Below, one piece after another: positions 62,696 through 64,000 of a DNA stretch of 64,000 bases. This DNA comes from a virus: IMG/VR virus record IMGVR_UViG_3300037247_000847, positions 1 to 64,000 of that record; one strand, written 5' to 3'. The number at the start of each line of letters is the position of its first letter. Within the stretch, counting starts at the first letter, position 1. The notes beneath the pieces were generated by a model. The model saw nothing but the letters and a program-made list of their open reading frames with translations, did not search any database and was not told where the DNA came from. The position numbers were made by a program, and so were the translations under genes.

Positions 62696-63106
62696 GTGGC
62701 TGTGCATGAAGTAATTGAAAGTGGTATGATCAAACCACTAATGTATGGTGAGGTATCAACTACTTGTCCTTGTTGTGGTCATGTGTCATACTCAACAACT
62801 GGTTTAATCAGTTTTGATTATTGGAAGGGGTTGGTCTTTAAGAAAGATAAACGGATATGTTTAGAGCCTATGGAAGCTGATCTGTTAAAGATCTTGCTAG
62901 ATAATTGGCCTAAAATCTGCTCTAGAGAGAAATTATTAGTAGGTCTCTACGGGGGTAATTATTGTGAAAGAGTATCTAGTGATAATGTTGGTGTACTTAT
63001 ATCTAAGCTTAGACATAAGATCAAGATATTTGATATTGAAATAAAGAACACTAAACGTCGGGGGTGGTTGCTTGTTAAGAAACCTACAGAACGACGATTT
63101 AATTAA
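62696..63106 (+). CDS. stand-alone OmpR/PhoB-type winged-helix DNA-binding protein with CPCCG motif
   Basis: L.PME..LL..L, SREKLL..LYG, V.VLISKLR.K, I.N...GW.L; AGGAGG SD. Confidence 0.8.
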   Translation: MAVHEVIESGMIKPLMYGEVSTTCPCCGHVSYSTTGLISFDYWKGLVFKKDKRICLEPMEADLLKILLDNWPKICSREKLLVGLYGGNYCERVSSDNVGVLISKLRHKIKIFDIEIKNTKRRGWLLVKKPTERRFN

Positions 63107-63132
63107 GAGATAAAGAGACCCCTCACAAGCCC

Positions 63133-63225
63133 GTAGACCAACGAAACCAAATTAGGTAGGGTTTTTACCCTTGAAGGGTCAAATCCTCGTCTGCAGGCCT
63201 TGGAGGCGGTCCTAAAATAGGTTTA
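63133..63225 (+). repeat. dispersed ~93-bp repeat, copy C
   Basis: Inverted near-identical copy of 5322-5414. Confidence 0.9.
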
Positions 63226-63241
63226 GACCTACATACGAAGA

Positions 63242-63274
63242 TAGCCCCGGCACCTGTAATGGATGCCGGGGCTA
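63242..63274. terminator. hairpin between convergent transcription units
   Basis: TAGCCCCGGCA...TGCCGGGGCTA 11-bp stem. Confidence 0.65.
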
Positions 63275-63293
63275 CATTCACGACCGGGTTTTG

Positions 63294-63716
63294 CTAGATT
63301 TCTCCAGCAGCCGCTTTTTTGAGATTCACAAGGGCGCGAATTTTTACCCGCTTAGACGCTGGGCGGCCCTTACTCGGGACCATCCCACCAGTTGCAGGTG
63401 AACGAACCATAGTACCCTTCTTAATCGCAGGTTTGGTTTTCAGAGTGACTTTGAACAGTCTTGGCATCATGAATTCACCTGCACCACCTGGACGAATAGA
63501 CTTTTGGATGGCGTCAGTAAGACCGTCCATTGTCGCAGTTATGAGTTTCTTCATACTCTTCGACGTTATTTCTGATGTGATCTCTTCTTCTTGTTCCTCA
63601 ACGTAATTCACCAAATAACCAACGAGTTGTGATTTGGTCATCTTGGTCTTGATAGTCTTCGATCCTGCCATTTTAGCTGCAGGACGAGACCCTTTGTTCT
63701 TACGCTTTTTTGCCAT
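63294..63716 (-). CDS. HU/IHF-family DNA-binding protein
   Basis: MTKSQL, F.MPRLFKV, RSPATG, PASKRVKIRAL..LK. Confidence 0.88.
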   Translation of the reverse strand: MAKKRKNKGSRPAAKMAGSKTIKTKMTKSQLVGYLVNYVEEQEEEITSEITSKSMKKLITATMDGLTDAIQKSIRPGGAGEFMMPRLFKVTLKTKPAIKKGTMVRSPATGGMVPSKGRPASKRVKIRALVNLKKAAAGEI

Positions 63717-63775
63717 TGGTAGTACTCCTTTAGAGGTTTGAGATTACTTATCACTCTTATAATACAGGAAAACTA

Positions 63776-64000
63776 CTAAATCTTGTTAGATAGTCTCTTA
63801 CGGTGACGAGGGATAATAGATTTATCTCTTCCGAGTATACCTTGTAACCATGGATCCCATCCTGGTAACCCAGCTCGAAAACAGGCTTCTATACTAGCAT
63901 ACATGGAGCCATTCTTATTTATTATGTCAGCACGAACTTGTTTGTATTGAATACCAGGGAACTGAGTTTCCCAACTTTTAACAACACGTTTTGCCTCTCG
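63776..64000 (-). CDS. 3' end of a CDS entering from outside the window
   Basis: Open frame REAKRVVKSW...RKRLSNKI* from the window edge. Confidence 0.55.
   Translation of the reverse strand, partial: REAKRVVKSWETQFPGIQYKQVRADIINKNGSMYASIEACFRAGLPGWDPWLQGILGRDKSIIPRHRKRLSNKI

Noticed and set aside
1-64000. Prophage boundaries or integration module
   Set aside because: No integrase, att-like junction or host housekeeping genes are visible in this window

Overview
The window is about 64 kb of a tailed dsDNA phage genome with a podovirus-type virion module (portal, scaffold, major capsid, tail tubular A and B, tail fibre, internal virion proteins). No integrase or host genes are visible; an alphaproteobacterial host is only a weak inference. 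Layout: leftward early/middle region (1-13 kb); rightward terS-endolysin-terL block (13.7-18 kb); a small leftward operon with extreme sequence-motif avoidance near a probable genome end (18.4-19.5 kb); and a long rightward late region (19.7-63.1 kb) with a 13-kb nucleotide-sugar/glycosyltransferase cluster inserted between capsid and tail genes. Main discoveries: (1) nine type II hammerhead ribozymes with covarying stems and pseudoknots, each placed 51-58 nt before an early-gene start codon, so the early transcript appears to cut itself into cassettes; (2) a set of small genes built from copied conserved motifs of the phage's own portal, capsid and tail-nozzle proteins (candidate decoys or mimics); (3) a circularly permuted, Y-RNA (YrlA)-like tRNA mimic plus a defective tRNA behind a conserved coiled-coil gene; (4) a probable virion-glycosylation pathway making a deoxy/branched heptose; (5) a ~645-bp segment essentially free of CAG/CTG, GAG/CTC, CAC/GTG and CAT/ATG. 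All family assignments come from motif recognition by eye, not from database searches.
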